Part shown: positions 1-15,321 of the stretch, piece after piece | How positions within the stretch are numbered: position 1 is the stretch's first letter | Layout of the letters: every line of letters begins with the position of its first letter | Origin: Octopus vulgaris | Taxonomy: Eukaryota | NCBI GenBank assembly: GCA_951406725.2 | Contig: OX597835.1 | Coordinates: 18,786,001-18,850,000, forward strand | Length of the DNA: 64,000 nt | Reading direction: 5' to 3' | Position numbers and translations under genes: made by a program | Notes under the pieces: model-generated | What the model was told of the DNA's origin: nothing | The model's database searches: none | Seen by the model: only the letters and a program-made list of their open reading frames with translations

Positions 1-1159
1 TCTGTTTGAGGAAGTTAGAAATGCGTGTAAACTTCTTATTCCAAATTTCCATGCTTTGTCAAATTATTTATCTAATTGGTCTCAAATTTAATTGCAGCCA
101 ATTCCATCATGTTTTACTTTCCTGAAAATCTAATCAGTCTCCGAGCTATTAAAGAATTATTAATATGATTAAAGCTAATACGAACTGCAATTCCTAAATA
201 CTATCTTGGGAATATAAAACACAATTTGTTTCACTGTTTTTTTTTTTGTTTTTTTCAAAAATTCCTTCATTAATACTGTCACTCGAAATAGACAAGAAAT
301 AATCTTTAATAATCTGGAAAATTTTAAAATCATAAACTATTTTAAAATCATAAAAAAATTTTAAAATCATAAACTATCATAAACTATTTTTTTTTTTGTT
401 TTTTTATATTATCATAATTGTTAATTTTGTAGTCCTTGTCATATTTGAAAAATTCAGAAAATATTATTCCTTATTCTTTTTGTTGAAATATTTTATTTCT
501 TGATTTTCAAAAATTAAAAATTCATACATGCTAATTGTATATTTTTTTTTTTAAAAAGTAACTTCAATGAAATAAATCTTACATTTGGTGATTTTTTTGT
601 TGACATGTAGCGAAAACAGAAAGCTAATAAGATTCTGAACAAATATATTCTGCAATGCAGGAAATACAATGCTGTTGTTTAAATTCTGCTTAAACGGACA
701 TATAGTCAGACCGGTTCCAAACATGAACAGTTTAGTATAATGCGTTCAGTTGTCCTTTGAGAAACATCGTAGCTGTTATTTCTCAGAGGTCAGCGAAATT
801 AAAAATTATTTATTAGCTTTCGATGCCTTGGATGTGTACAAAAAATTTCGGTACAGAATGCGCAACACCTAATTCACGTTGAGCAACAGTGATATTTACT
901 CAGAGGGGCTCAAGGAAACAGACGTTTGCTGACTGCTCAGCTATTGACACGGTAAAACCGTCAATACACACACACACACACACACACACAGACATACACA
1001 CACGCACACACATATATGTATATACATATATATATGCATGTATATATATACTCATATTATACATACATATTTATACCTCTAAATGGCGGTGCCCCAGCAT
1101 GGCCACAGCTTGTGAAGCTGAAACTTGATAAAAAATAAAAAATAAAATAAAAATACATA

Positions 1160-1242
<83 letters not shown>

Positions 1243-1246
<4 letters not shown>

Positions 1247-2215
1247 GTAAATATAATATGTGACAATTATTCGTTAGCCATTATAAAACTTCGAGTTTCG
1301 GATGTCGGGGCGGAAACCCACGCCGGCATCTCTTCAGTTATCAGGCGATCGAAAAAGATGCTATGAAAACGACCGTTAAACAATGGGAATTTACTGTGTG
1401 ACTGACCGTTACTAAGACAAAAGAGCTACTAAGTAAGGGGAGGCAGTAAAGGTAAAGGAGTAAAAATGTTCATAGTAATCGCGGAAAGCGCACATGTCCG
1501 TACATACACATGTGCACTAGCACACCCACGTACCTGCGTCTAAATGTATATACTCATCCACCCTCACTTGAAACACACACATAGACGCACGAAAAAGGAA
1601 GTTTCATACATACGAAAAAGGTTCATATACGCACATGCACAAGACACAACAGGGCTAAAGGCAAAATACAGAAAAATGTGTAAAAAATATGCAATAAGAT
1701 TAGAACGCATCTATATAGGCACATACTCGCATGCACGCACACACAACTATATACGCACATACTCGCGCACACGCACGCATCAAGAGGTCTGCACAAAAAA
1801 TCCATATACACGTTTATATACGCACAGGAAAAATGCAGGTTGTGTAAAAAATATATGAGCAATAAAACTATATACCAATATCTGTATAAATATGTAAAAA
1901 TATAGAAGAAATGTTTAAGAAATATAAGTAAAAATTATATAGAGAGAAGAAGCTTGTACGTGGACACAATATACAAAGCGAGTCCTATCTGTAAACTTGG
2001 GGTGGGGGACCAAAAACGTAACAAATATTTAGCCATATCTGGACATGATCCGAAAAGTTCAGTTCTCGAATTTAGACATATGGTGGGGGTCTAAGCTGCT
2101 TTTCTAGATGAGCCATCTTTCCATATCAGAAAGGCCACACTTTCCACTGCCGTTAGTGTAGGCCTTACACTTGGTTAACATCTTCCAATAGATATTGTAA
2201 GTGATACCTTTATCT
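1243..2215 (-). mobile_element. Penelope-like element 3' fragment (Naiad-type GIY-YIG C-terminus, 3' UTR/pLTR with hammerhead), between (TA)n tracts
   Basis: Minus strand from 2211 reads KGITYNIYWKMLTKCKAYTNGSGKCGLSDMERWLI*KSSLDP/(frameshift)ICLNSRTELFGSCPDMAKYLLR, resembling the PLE endonuclease C-terminal pattern W..L....Y.NG..C.LC..E...I...LN.R.EL...C.H..K.LL; hammerhead at 1281-1342. Confidence 0.75.
1281..1342 (-). ncRNA. Minimal type-I hammerhead ribozyme (intact core)
   Basis: Minus strand: gataa CUGAAGA gaugccgg...ccgacauc c GAAA c ucgaa g UU uuau; stem I AUAA/UUAU, stem II GAUG.CGG/CCG.CAUC, short stem III. Confidence 0.75.
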
Positions 2216-2277
<62 letters not shown>

Positions 2278-2554
2278 TATAAATAATATATAAATATATG
2301 CCTATATACATACATATATGTACACACCTACATCTGTATGTATATATATATGCATATATGGATACAGGACACCAAACAAACGTTGAACACAATGAGAAAC
2401 GAAAACATAAAAACAAAACCATGGAAACGAACTTTTTTCAAACAACGATAAAGCAGAATACACGACATACAACACAAGAAATAATCCCCTTGTTCAGTTG
2501 TCCCTGTTTCGTCTACTCTGCGTTCGAAGGTAAGGACAAGACGCGACTTATATA

Positions 2555-3035
2555 TATCAGGTCATCACATAAGTTCTGTCCGAATTTTGAATAAAGAAAA
2601 CAAGTGAGCAAATGTTATATTCCATTGAAATTTAATCATCAATATACTTTCCCTGATTGTCTATGATTTCCTTCCATCTATTTACAAGCTTTTTAATCCC
2701 ATCAATGTAAAACTCTTTTGGTTTCAAAGCGAAGAACTCTGAAATCTCAGTTTCGACCACCTCTTTGGCTTGCGAAAGTTATGCCCCCCCCAATTATTCT
2801 GCAAACTACGAAACAAATGGTAGTCTGAAGGAGCAAGGTTGGGAGAATAATGTGGATGAGGAAGTTTTTCCCAATCAAGCTCATCGATGTTATGTGATGT
2901 GATCTTTGCAGTGTGGGGTCACGCATTGTCCAGATGAAAAATCTCTCCCTTTGGATTTACTAAAGAAGGTCATTTTTATTCAAGGCTTGGTTCAAACGCT
3001 CTAATTGCTGCCGGTATACTTGAGCATTGATTGTT
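2555..3035 (-). mobile_element. mariner (DD34D) transposase relic, 3' half with TIR
   Basis: Minus strand reads FHLDNA*PHTAKITSHNIDELDWEKLPHPHYSPNLAPSDYHLFRSLQNN...EFFALKPKEFYIDGIKKLVNRWKEIIDNQGKYIDD (DNARPH and YSPDLAPSD motifs). Confidence 0.9.
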
Positions 3036-4239
3036 GCACTCTCTTGAAAGCAAGCAATCTCAGTACTTACTTCTCTAAGCTTGGCGTTCGTTCGAACGAT
3101 ATCTTCTACCGACTTGCTAGGATATGGTCAACGATTGCGGCGGATGGTGTATTTGACTTGGTGTTTTATCTGTATCTACTCCAGACCAGACCAGACCAAT
3201 AAAACACAAATCAGATGCTAACGGATCTGAACGTAGGACGTAAAGTGTCATAATAAATATTCCTGACGTTTTACTGATTCTTCCAATCATAGAAAACAAC
3301 AAAGACAGCAACAACAGCGGTAGCAGCATCAGAAACTGGAGAAGAAAATGGAATTATAAGAACGAATCGTCAAATACCACTTCGTAGAGTCTTCCTAGAA
3401 ATTACATCAAATTCTCTCTCAGTTCAGATGCTGTTGTCTTTAATTAAGAAATGGTTACTTTGAAATGATATGGTGCAATATATATTTCTAACATGACATG
3501 ATGATAAACGATGAGATGATTTGAATGAAAGTTCGATTCGATCCAGCTGTAACAAGGGTTATGCAGTGATAACAAGTTAAGGAACTGCAACGTACCAACC
3601 AGGGAGCCTCATTTCATTAGGAAATATAGCCAAATCTCACTTCCATCACAGCCTACTGCGTAATAACAATTGCATAATGGCTGGGGATGAAAGATATTTA
3701 ATCTTAGATGTGCAGACCAAGACGTACTTTGAAAGGGAAATTTGCAACTCCAGATTTTACTGGCAAAGTATCAAGAACAAAAGCAGCAAGAGGAACAACA
3801 GCAATAACAACGAAAAGAATAACAACTATGGCATAAAGTGCATCAGCTAGTAAAACAACATCAGAATTTGCTAATTTAACAACAACGATCACAAAATCCT
3901 GAACAACCAACAAAACAATGATATTATTAGCAAAAACTACATAAACAGCAAATCATGCAACAAGTTCAAATAGAGGTATTAATGGGGAGAGAGCATCAAT
4001 AACAACTACAGCAACAAAAAGGAACTGAAACAAGTATAAAAAACACGAAGAACAAAAACATCGGCAGCCATAAAATTATTAACAACAAACATTAAAACGT
4101 CACCAACACAAACTGCAACGGCATAAAACGCAGAAACGACATCGCAGCCTAACAACGTCACAAAAAGCGCAAGGCAAATAAAACAGCGTAAGTAGCACAC
4201 ACTGCTGCAACATTAACCACGACATTAACATTATTTACA

Positions 4240-4404
4240 TGCGCAGGAGTGGCTGTGTGGTAAGTAGCTTGTTTACCAACCACATGGTTCTGGGTTCAGT
4301 CCCACTGCGTGGCACCTTGGGCAAGTGTCTTCTACTATAGCCTCGGGCCGACCAAAGCCTTGTGAGTGGATTTGGTAGACGGAAACTGAAAGAAGCCCGT
4401 CGTA

Positions 4405-4460
<56 letters not shown>

Positions 4461-4677
4461 TGTTTGTGTGTCTGTGTTTGTCCCACTAGCATTGCTTGAC
4501 AACCGATGCTGGTGTGTTTATGTCCCCGTTACTTAGCGGTTCGGCAAAAGAGACCGATAGAATAAGTACTGGGCTTACAAAAAAATAAGTCCCGGGGTCG
4601 TTTGCTCGATTAAAGGCTGTGCTCCAGCATGGCCGCAGTCAAATGACTGAAACAAGTAAAAGAGAGTAAAAGAGTAT
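4240..4677 (+). mobile_element. tRNA-derived SINE family C (internal (TA)n/(TG)n tract, GAGTAAAA tail)
   Basis: Head gcgcaggagtggctgtgtggtaagtagc...gggttcagtcccactgcgtggc; CORE-like cttgggcaagtgtcttct; tail ...ggccgcagtcaaatgactgaaacaagtaaaagag; more than 10 related copies in window. Confidence 0.9.
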
Positions 4678-4894
4678 AATGCTGTGAGCTTGTGAGATCG
4701 TTAGCATGCCGTTTAACGTGCTTAACGATATTTTCGTCCGGCTTTACATTCTGAGTTCAAATTCCACCGACGTTGACTTCACTTTAATCCCTTCGGGGTT
4801 TATAAATCAAGTACTATTAAAGCACTGGGCTCAATGCAATCGACTAGTCCCTACCCGCAAAATCTCAGGCCTTGAGCCTTTATAGAAAGGGCTA

Positions 4895-6340
4895 TTATTA
4901 CTATGTGATGAAATGTCACAACCTATTTTGCTGGGTCTGATGGAACCTGTCAGCTGTCCACAACCAACAGACTGAGGGGAGACTTGTATAGCAGTCGTGC
5001 TTCAAGAATCCTGTAAGGAATTCTTGCAGTTCCTGGAAATGCTGATTATTGTAGGTGTTCTACCTTCACACTTGCATCGGTCATTTTCAACCACGTTGGT
5101 AATTGAGTGCCGATACTTCCTATTGCACCAATTACTATTGATATAACGTCTAATCTCTTCATTGACCTCAACCACAACCTTCGTATTTCCCACTTCAGAT
5201 CATCATAGTTGTTTATATTTTCTTCTTTGTCACTGATCCTGTTGTCACTGGGGCATGCTTTCTAGATTATCATGCAACTTACTTTTTCTATATTCTCCAC
5301 AACAACAATGTTCGGTTTCCGATGACCGGTCCCATGATAGCATTGAATCATTCCATCCCATAGCATTTTGCTATTCTCGTTCTCGGTGCTTCCTTCTGGG
5401 CTTTTCACATACCACCTCTTTGCAAACCGGGATTTCCAGAGAGCGCGCTATTGATAATTCGTGCCACATTGTCATGCATCCTATTGTATTCGCGTTGTGC
5501 CAGTTTTGGGCATTCACAAACGATGCGTCATACCTATTTCTTTACTACCCACAAGGGGCTAAACATAGAGAGAACAAACAAGGACAAACAAACGGATTAA
5601 GTCGATTATATCGACCCCAGTGCGCAACTGGTACTTATTTAATCGACTCCGAAAGGATGAAAGGCAAAGTCGACCTCGGCGGAACTCAGAACGTAGCGGC
5701 AGACGGAATACCTATTTCTTTACTGCCCACAAGGGGCTAAGTATAGAGAGAACAAACAAGGACAGACAAACGGATTAAGTCGATTATATCGACCCCAGTG
5801 CGAAACTGGTACTTATTTAATCGACCCCGAAAGGATGAAAGGCAAAATCGACCTCGGCGGAATTTGAACTCAGAACGTAACGGCAGATGAATTACCGCTC
5901 AGCATTTCGCCCGGCGCGCTAACGTTTCTGCCAGCTCACCACGATGTGTCCTACCGCTTCATTCCTTTCACCACACATCCTGAATTTGTTGTTATTAGTA
6001 GCGTTGTCTGCTCTGCACTTCATATAGCTGGTCGTTAACACTTGTACTTGAGCTGCACATATAAGTGATTCTGTCTCTATCTTCAAGTCACGCCACTTCC
6101 TCCATAACCGCCAGCCTTCTGTATCTGTTTTGGCGTTCGAATCACTTGCAAATTGACTGTGCATTTTTCTCGTCCCATGCTGCTTTTTTTTTGTTTCGCT
6201 CATTTGTTTAATTTTTTCTTTTATTACAAAATTCTCAGTTTTGATGCCGCCGGCCTTCTTCGTGTGTTTCAGTAATGGCTCTACAGTATTTATTATATAC
6301 AAAACCTAAGCTGTTTTACTCTGCTTAGATACAGTCTTAT
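4895..6340 (-). mobile_element. R4/Dong-clade LINE 3' relic (Zn-knuckle plus REL endonuclease), split by a SINE
   Basis: ORF 5919-6302 has DLKIETESLICAAQVQVL...RMCGERNEAVGHIV; downstream HDNVARII, KMLWDG, WEIRRLW...LDVISIVIGAIGS...EHLQ*SAFPGTARI; ends near an AAT-rich tail. Confidence 0.85.
5533..5938 (-). mobile_element. SINE family D (tRNA head plus MetaSINE-like domain), head-to-tail dimer
   Basis: A/B boxes tggcagaaacgttag / gagttcaaattcc; central gtcgactttgcctttcatcctttcggggtcgat; two tandem units. Confidence 0.85.
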
Positions 6341-7164
6341 CATTATTATTAAGGCGGCGAGGCGGCAGAATCTTTAGAACGCCGGGTTTAGCGATATTTC
6401 GTTTGCCATTATAATCTGATCTCAAATTCCGTCGAGGTTGAATTTGCTCCTCATCCTTTCGGGGTCGATGAAATAATTAACATTTGAGCACTAGGGTCGA
6501 TGTAATCCACGTACCTCTAATCCTGAACGCCTCGAAATATTAAAACAATCATAATCTGAGACAACAGCGGCAACAACAAATAGCAACACTATTAACAGTG
6601 ATAAGAAATATAGAAATAAATGTACAATTGCAGGGTCTATAAACACGATATCAACCGAAATACCACAGACTAAAGTAACATCAACGACAACGTCATCAAC
6701 AATCATCGCAGCAGCAACGAGATTTAAAAGCACATAGCTTCAATCAGAGGAACGTGAATAGAATTCCCACAGCAATATAACCGGAATTACAGCATTAACC
6801 ATATTCCCAGAAAAGGCAACAATCTCAACATCTTGCACCGCAACAACTGTTGTAACATCAATGACACCAGTCACAACTGGAGAACATATAAGACCCACAA
6901 ACACTGCAGCTGCGTTGTATGCCATTGATAATGAATACATAAACATCGGCTTCAAATCGTGGGAAGAGGCCAGTAAGTTTGGAGGAGGGAGTAAGTTGAT
7001 TACATAGGTTCTAGTTCTAAAACGGTACTTATTTTATCGACTCTGAAATGATGGAAAGCAAAGTTGACCAAGGCAGCATTTGAACAAAGAATGGAAAGCG
7101 CCGTTATGCATTTTAACTGGCGCGGTAACGATTGTGTAACTTGGCCACCTTACCAACAAGTATA

Positions 7165-7396
7165 TATTTCTTTACTGCCCACAAGGGGCTAAACATAGAG
7201 AGAACAAACAAGGACAGACAAAGGGATTAAGTCGATTACATTGACCCCAGTGCTAAACTGGTACTTTATTTATCGACCCCGAAAGGGTGAAAGGCAAAGT
7301 CGACCTCGGTGGAATTTGAACTCAGAACGTAACGACAGACGAAATACCGCTAAGCATTTCGCCCGGCGCGCTAACGTTTCTGCCAGCTCGCCGCCC
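7165..7396 (-). mobile_element. SINE family D, full length
   Basis: Same sequence as other D copies; flanked by caacaagt direct repeat. Confidence 0.85.
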
Positions 7397-7879
7397 GCAA
7401 CAAGTGTAATAATAGTAACATTGAACGAATTCAACCGTAGCAACAGCAACAATAACAACGATAACAACAACTGCAATTTCACCGACACTCACAGCAACAG
7501 CCACGACAGCAAAAAAGCAACATCAACAGACACGAAGAGCCACAGCAACAATAAGTATAAAATCTATATTAACGATCACAGCAAAAACGACAAAGGGGTG
7601 AAACATTCGTACAATAAAAGCAAAGAACAAAAGGTCAGTAACAAAACTTCAACGAGCATATCACCATCGACAACAGCAACAGCATCAACAATGCCAACAA
7701 TAACCACAGCCGCATTTATATGAAGAACACGACAGTCAGTAAGTTACTAGAATATTTGTCTGTAGAAGTTAGAGGAAATTTGGCCAGACGTAATCTTATC
7801 AAAATCTCGATTCCATAAGACTTATGCATCTTGACTTCGATCTAGAATAGTGGTTGAGGTGTTCGTATTGGCGATGGTA

Positions 7880-7893
7880 CTGGTGGTGTAGTG

Positions 7894-7925
<32 letters not shown>

Positions 7926-8710
7926 CGAAGTGATGTTATTATTGGTCGTGGTGGAGTCTGTGGTCTTGACGACGGTGATGGTCCTGTGTGTGGCGGTGGT
8001 TGCAACGGTGTTGATAAAGATATCTGTAGCTGTGGTTGTATTGGTGTTGTGGTTGGTGGTGGTGGTTGCGTTGGTGATGATGCTGGTTTTGTGGTGTTGG
8101 TGGTGGTGGTGGTCGTCATCGTAGTGATGTTATTATTGGTCGTGGTGGAGTCTGTGGTCTTGAAAACGGTGATGGTCCTGTTTGTGGCGGTGGTTGCGAT
8201 GGTGTTGATAAAGATAACTGTAGTTGTGGTGGTATTGGTGTTGTTGTTGGTAGTGGTGGTGGTTGCGTTGGTGATGATGCTGGTGGTGTGGTGTTGGTGG
8301 TAACGGTAACATTATCAGTGATCGTGGTTGGAGCTTGTGGTCTTGATGATAACAATGATCATGTTTGTGGCGGCGGCGGTGGCGACGTTGGTTTCGGTGG
8401 TGGCCGCAGTAGTTGTGGTGGGTGATTGTGATGGTGCTGATAAAGACAATGGCAGTTGTGGCTGTAGCGGTGGTTGTGCTTTCGGTCGTGGTTTTGTTGT
8501 TGTTGTTGGTGGTTCTGCTGTCGGTAGTGTTGCTGTTACTACTGAACATCATAACCTTTGTAATGATGGCCTCCATGACGGTGGGGATGACGATTTTCCT
8601 TCTTTGGTGCCTGGTGTAGTTTTTGTCGCGGTTGTAGTATCTTGGTCGGGATGGGGTTGATGGTGGAAACGATAGTTGTGGTAGCAGTGGCGGGGTTTGA
8701 TGGTGTGGTA
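7880..8710. repeat. GGT/GTT-rich low-complexity tract with ~195-bp tandem duplication
   Basis: Unit agtgatgttattattggtcgtggtggagtctgtggtcttga... at ~7929 and ~8123, with a third diverged copy at ~8310. Confidence 0.8.
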
Positions 8711-8759
8711 GTTGCTTGGATACACCTTCTGTTAGTGGTGATTTCGATCCTGGCCTTGA

Positions 8760-9033
8760 TACTCTTTGACTCTTTTACTTGTTTCAGTCATTTGACTGTG
8801 GCCATGCTGGAGCACCGCCTTTGTCGAGCAAATCGACCCCAGGACTTATTCTTTGTAATCCTAGTACTTATACTATCAGACTCTTTTACGGAATCACTAA
8901 GTTACGTGGACGTAAACACACCAGCATCGGTTATCAAGCGATGTTGGGGGTGGTGGACAACACAGACACACAAACATATACACACATACATATATATATA
9001 CATATATACGACAACACAGACACACAAACATAT

Positions 9034-9088
<55 letters not shown>

Positions 9089-9255
9089 TACGACGGGCTT
9101 TTTTCATTTTCCGTCTACAAAATTCACTCACAAGTCTTTGGTCGGCCCGAGGCTATAGTAGAAGACATTTGCCCAAGGTACCACGCAGTAGGACTAAACC
9201 TGGAACAATGTGGTTCGTAAGCAAACTACTTACAACACAGCCACTCCTAAGCCTG
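8760..9255 (-). mobile_element. SINE family C
   Basis: Reverse complement of family C; internal microsatellite block duplicated. Confidence 0.9.
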
Positions 9256-9662
9256 TAGTAAAATTAATAAGGATAAGGGTGATGCTGAAGCTATCCTTTG
9301 TTGTGTATTGGTTACTATGGTGGCTACGTCTATGCTGTTGGTGAAATAGGGTCTGTGTTGCGAAAGGTTGAGGCTGCGCTAATTTCACATTTGCAGTAGT
9401 GTCCTGTACAGTTTATACTGATGATTGTAATACTAGTGATGGTGGTACCAATGGGAATGACTGTGTTCGTGGTGCCTGGGGCCGCCGCTGTAATTATAGA
9501 TAATGGTGTAATTACTGTTGTTCGTAATGTTCAACTTTCGAACTCATAAATTAGTCATGGTTTTCTTTAAATCTTTATCAGATATCACATTACATCTTCA
9601 TGCAAATTCATAAAACATCGTAGCATAGAAGATCGAGTGATCATGTTAGTTTGCGCCAGATA

Positions 9663-9989
9663 TGGAAGCACTCCGTCGGTTACGACGACGAGGTTCCGGT
9701 TGATCCGAATCAACAGAACAGCCTGCTCGTGAAATTAACGTGTAAATGGCTGAGCACTCCACAGACACGTGTACCCTTAACGTAGTTATCGGGGATATTC
9801 AGCGTGACACAGAGAGTGACAATGCCGGCCCTTTGAAATACAGGTACAACAGAAACAGGAAGTAAGAGTGAGAGATAGTTGTGGTGAAAGAGTACAGCAG
9901 GGATCACCACCATCCCCTGCCGGAGCCTCGTGGAGCTTTAGGTGTTTTCGCTCAATAAACACTCACAACGCCCGGTCTGGGAATCGAAA
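9663..9989 (-). mobile_element. SINE family A (tail 1), 5'-truncated
   Basis: Matches 55290-55657; TSD gcgccagatat on both sides. Confidence 0.9.
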
Positions 9990-10104
9990 GCGCCAGATAT
10001 AACGTTGGTATAACTAGCATTGCTGGACAAAGGATAAAAATATGGTCATTACTAATTCGTTTCTTCTATGTAAAACATATGCAAATAAATATATGTACAT
10101 ATAG

Positions 10105-10410
10105 GAGGAGCAATATCCCAGTGATTAGGGCAGCGGACCCGCGGTCGGAGGATCACGGTTTTCGATTCCCAGACCTGGCATTGTGTGTGTTTATTGAGCG
10201 AAAACACATAAAGCTCCACGAGGCTCGGGCAGGGGATGGTGGCAACCCCTGTTTTACTCTCTCACCCCAACTTTCTCTCACATTTTCTTCCTGTTTCTTG
10301 AGTAACGCTGCGATGGACTGAGGTCCCGTCTAGCTGGAGGGAACACATACACCACAGAAACCGGGAAACAGGGTCCATGAGCCTGGCTAGGTTTGAAAAG
10401 GGTGCATAAA
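10105..10410 (+). mobile_element. SINE family A head with alternative tail 2
   Basis: Head agggcagcggacccgcggtcggaggatcacggttttcgattcc; tail gagtaacgctgcgatggactg...catgagcctggctagg, also seen at 12630 and 43957. Confidence 0.8.
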
Positions 10411-10423
10411 TAGAATAATATGT

Positions 10424-10454
<31 letters not shown>

Positions 10455-10819
10455 AAGGAAAAGTAAGTCGTCAGATAGTTAGATAATTATTGGTGATTTC
10501 ATGTGACATTTCTCTAAGTAGATGAAATTTTATTTCCCTAGTTTCTGACTGTGCATTCGAACGTGTTGAACGTTCTTACCCTCCGGTGTTCTCTTAAACT
10601 TCTTCAACATTTCAAAACCAAAAATGAAAGAAGAAAGTAAACGCTTAGTCGCATTTCGTCCGTCTTTACATTCTGAGTAAAAAAAAAAAAATCTGCAACG
10701 GTTGACTTTCATTAGCAAGGTCGATCCAATTGCTCTATTGGAGCAAAAAGATCGATGTACTTGACCTACCACTAAATCCTAAACTTGAAAGCCATGCCCC
10801 AAAATATGAAACCAGCATG

Positions 10820-11200
10820 AATATTTGCTATGAAGAGATAAACAAAACACAGCTAATAGACTAAGGTGACACTTGGTTACCGGTCATGCTTTAAGAACCC
10901 TGCAAAGAAACCTTGCAGTTCTAAGCAATGCTGGGTTTTATAGGTGTAGTGCATTCAGACATACACCAGTCTATTCCTCCCATGTTAGTAGTTGAGTGCT
11001 GATACTTCCAAATGCACCAATTACTATAGGTATCACGTCTAATCCCTTCATTGGCAACAGCCTTCGTATTTCCCACAATTCGTCATAGATCACATAATAT
11101 TTTTGGTACTTGAATATTTCCCGGGAATATCACTTATATTTTCTTCAAACATTTTCTTCAAACATGCAATCTAACGTCTTGGTTTTGCATCCCATAAAAT
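10820..11200 (-). mobile_element. R4/Dong LINE 3' relic
   Basis: Minus strand LWEIRRLLPMKGLDVIPIVIGAFGSISTQLLTW...LLRTARFLCRVLKA; homologous to 5000-5200. Confidence 0.8.
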
Positions 11201-11567
11201 TTATAATTTCCTGTTGCAGACATTTTTTTTTTACATTTCCCAATTTATATATGTTTTTCAAATTGAATTCAGCGTTTCGATTTACTAATTATTACTCATT
11301 ATTTCAACAAAATTTTACATCTTTTAATGCCTGGAAGTGTTGTTTTTCTTCCCCATGTTTTTAAATTTAATTGCTTATAATTTCGTTTCAAATTTTAGTT
11401 ATGGTGACTGTATTTGAATTTCATAAGATCCCCGTAGACATATTCAGAGAATGCATATTTCAGACCACTGCATGCAGATTCATATTTGCACATATATAAA
11501 TGTGTGTGTATGTGTGTGTAAAGAGAAAGATAGAGATGGATACATCTAACTATCTATCTGTCTATCC

Positions 11568-11687
<120 letters not shown>

Positions 11688-11689
11688 CT

Positions 11690-12103
11690 TTCTCTTTTCT
11701 CGCTTTTACTTGTTTCAGTCATTTGACTGCGGCCATGCTGGAGCAGCGCCTTTAGTCGAGCAAATCGACCCCCGGAAGTTATTCTTTGTAAGCCCAGTAC
11801 TTATTCTATCGGTCTCTTTTGCCGAACCGCTAAGTGACGGGAACGTAAACAAACCAGGATCGGTTGTCAAGCAATGCTAGGGGGACAAACACAGACACAC
11901 AAACACACACACACACACATATATATAAATATACATATATACGACAGGCTTCTTTCAGTTTCCGTCTACCAAATCCACTCACAAGGCATTGGTCGGCCCG
12001 AGGCTATAGCAGAAGACACTTGCCCAAGGTGCGACGTAGTGAGACTGAACCTTGAACCATGTGGTTGGTAAGCAAGCTACTTACCACACAGTCACTCCTG
12101 CGC

Positions 12104-12104
<1 letters not shown>
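11690..12104 (-). mobile_element. SINE family C inserted in a (TATC)n tract
   Basis: Full family C sequence with (TATC)n on both sides. Confidence 0.9.
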
Positions 12105-12200
<96 letters not shown>

Positions 12201-12233
12201 AATCTCTCTCTCTCTCTCTCTCTCTCCATATAT

Positions 12234-13471
<1,238 letters not shown>

Positions 13472-15030
13472 ATAATATTAGGGAATAAATCCAAACTTAC
13501 AAGGAAAAAATGAGATTTAGGATTAAATCCAATTTTATAGTATAAATATATTATATTGTATTAAGTTAGAGATAAAACCACTATTAGGCAAATCAAACAG
13601 TGAAAAACATAAGCCAATACATAAAATTAATTTTAAAATATAGAAGATAAAAATAAAAAATTATTTAAATAATTTAAACTTATAAATTTTATATATATAT
13701 TGAAATGCATATTCTGCATTAAATGCGAAATCACATGTGATATGTAACTGAATTCTTTTTTAAAATGATGTGTTTTGAAGTTTTGCATTCGGTAAAATTT
13801 TGTTTATTTTTAGTAGTTTTGACCGCACTGGTCCCTCTTAGCGTGTTGGTATCTACGAATAGTAGTACCCTCAATATAATATAAATGAATATTTTCTAAG
13901 AGGAAGAATTTACGGATTTTTTCTCTTACGAGGTTTTTCACGCTGACTACTGATAATTTCTTTTAAAGATTTTATCCTCAATTGTTAATTTATATACAAA
14001 TATATATATATATATGTATGTATATTTTTATATTTATATATTATTTAATTAATTAATTAATTAATTAATTTATTATTTTTTTTTATATATCTAAAGTATT
14101 AAAAGTTTAATAAAAGATAAAGATATATATATATATATATGTATGTATGTATGTATGTAGGTATGTATATATATGTATATGTATATGTATATATAGACGA
14201 GGCCGCGTAGTTTCGTGCTTAGTCTGTTTCACAATGTATCTGCAGTCATTTCGGGACCCGACGCGTGGTGCACCGTGTTTCTGTTCAGACTAGGTTGATT
14301 TGATGGTCTAAGTGGAGGTATGATCACTATGAACAAGTCCTATGTGGAGGTCGTTTGGCAAAAGCTGAATGCTTACGGAGGGGCCATTATATATATTTGA
14401 GTGTATGTGTGTGTATGTATGTGTGTGTGTGTGTGTGTGTGTATACATACATATACTTACCTGATTACATACGCGCACTCAACTCTATATCTGTATGTAC
14501 ACACGCATATAGCTGCTCCGTGTCTCGGGAGAACATATCTGTATTATAAGCGTTCCGTGTGTACATGTGAGATGGAGCTACATTGAGAATGACACAGTAT
14601 GGGTTCAGTGCCCTTCATTTCTTCCATGCGTTCAATGCGCCGATACCAAACTCACTTTTGTAACCTCCATACCTCTCTCCAAATCCCTCCTTCTTCCCAC
14701 GTCTCTCTCCTTCATTCCATATTACATCGTCTCCACTCCCATAATCCCCATCTCACTCCATTCTCTCTTCTCCTCCCTCACACAATTTTCCCTCCATTTT
14801 CCTAACCGTATCATACAGACATACAGACCCATTGACACACACTTCAACACTGACTCACACAGGGACCCAACCACTCGCACGCGCACACGCATACGCACAT
14901 ATTCTCATAAACCAGCAAAATGAAAATGGGAGCAAATATATGGTAGGGAATTTTACTAGAAATAACAGTAAACCCTTAAGAGAAAGTTTTATAACTTGAA
15001 GACAGGCATATTGTTTATACATACATAATA

Positions 15031-15071
<41 letters not shown>

Positions 15072-15075
15072 GAAT

Positions 15076-15179
<104 letters not shown>

Positions 15180-15235
15180 TATGTATATATGTATATATAT
15201 ATATACTTATATATGTATATATATATATATACATA

Positions 15236-15321
<86 letters not shown>

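Noticed and set aside
2041-2160. Selenocysteine read-through as described for some Naiad elements
   Set aside because: The in-frame stop is TAG and the altered Cys position is TCT, not TGA; this is ordinary decay.
7799-9220. Gly/Val/Thr/Pro-rich ORFs resembling a mucin or structural protein
   Set aside because: They arise from GGT/GTT low-complexity repeats open in several frames on both strands and run into a SINE; no splice or start context.
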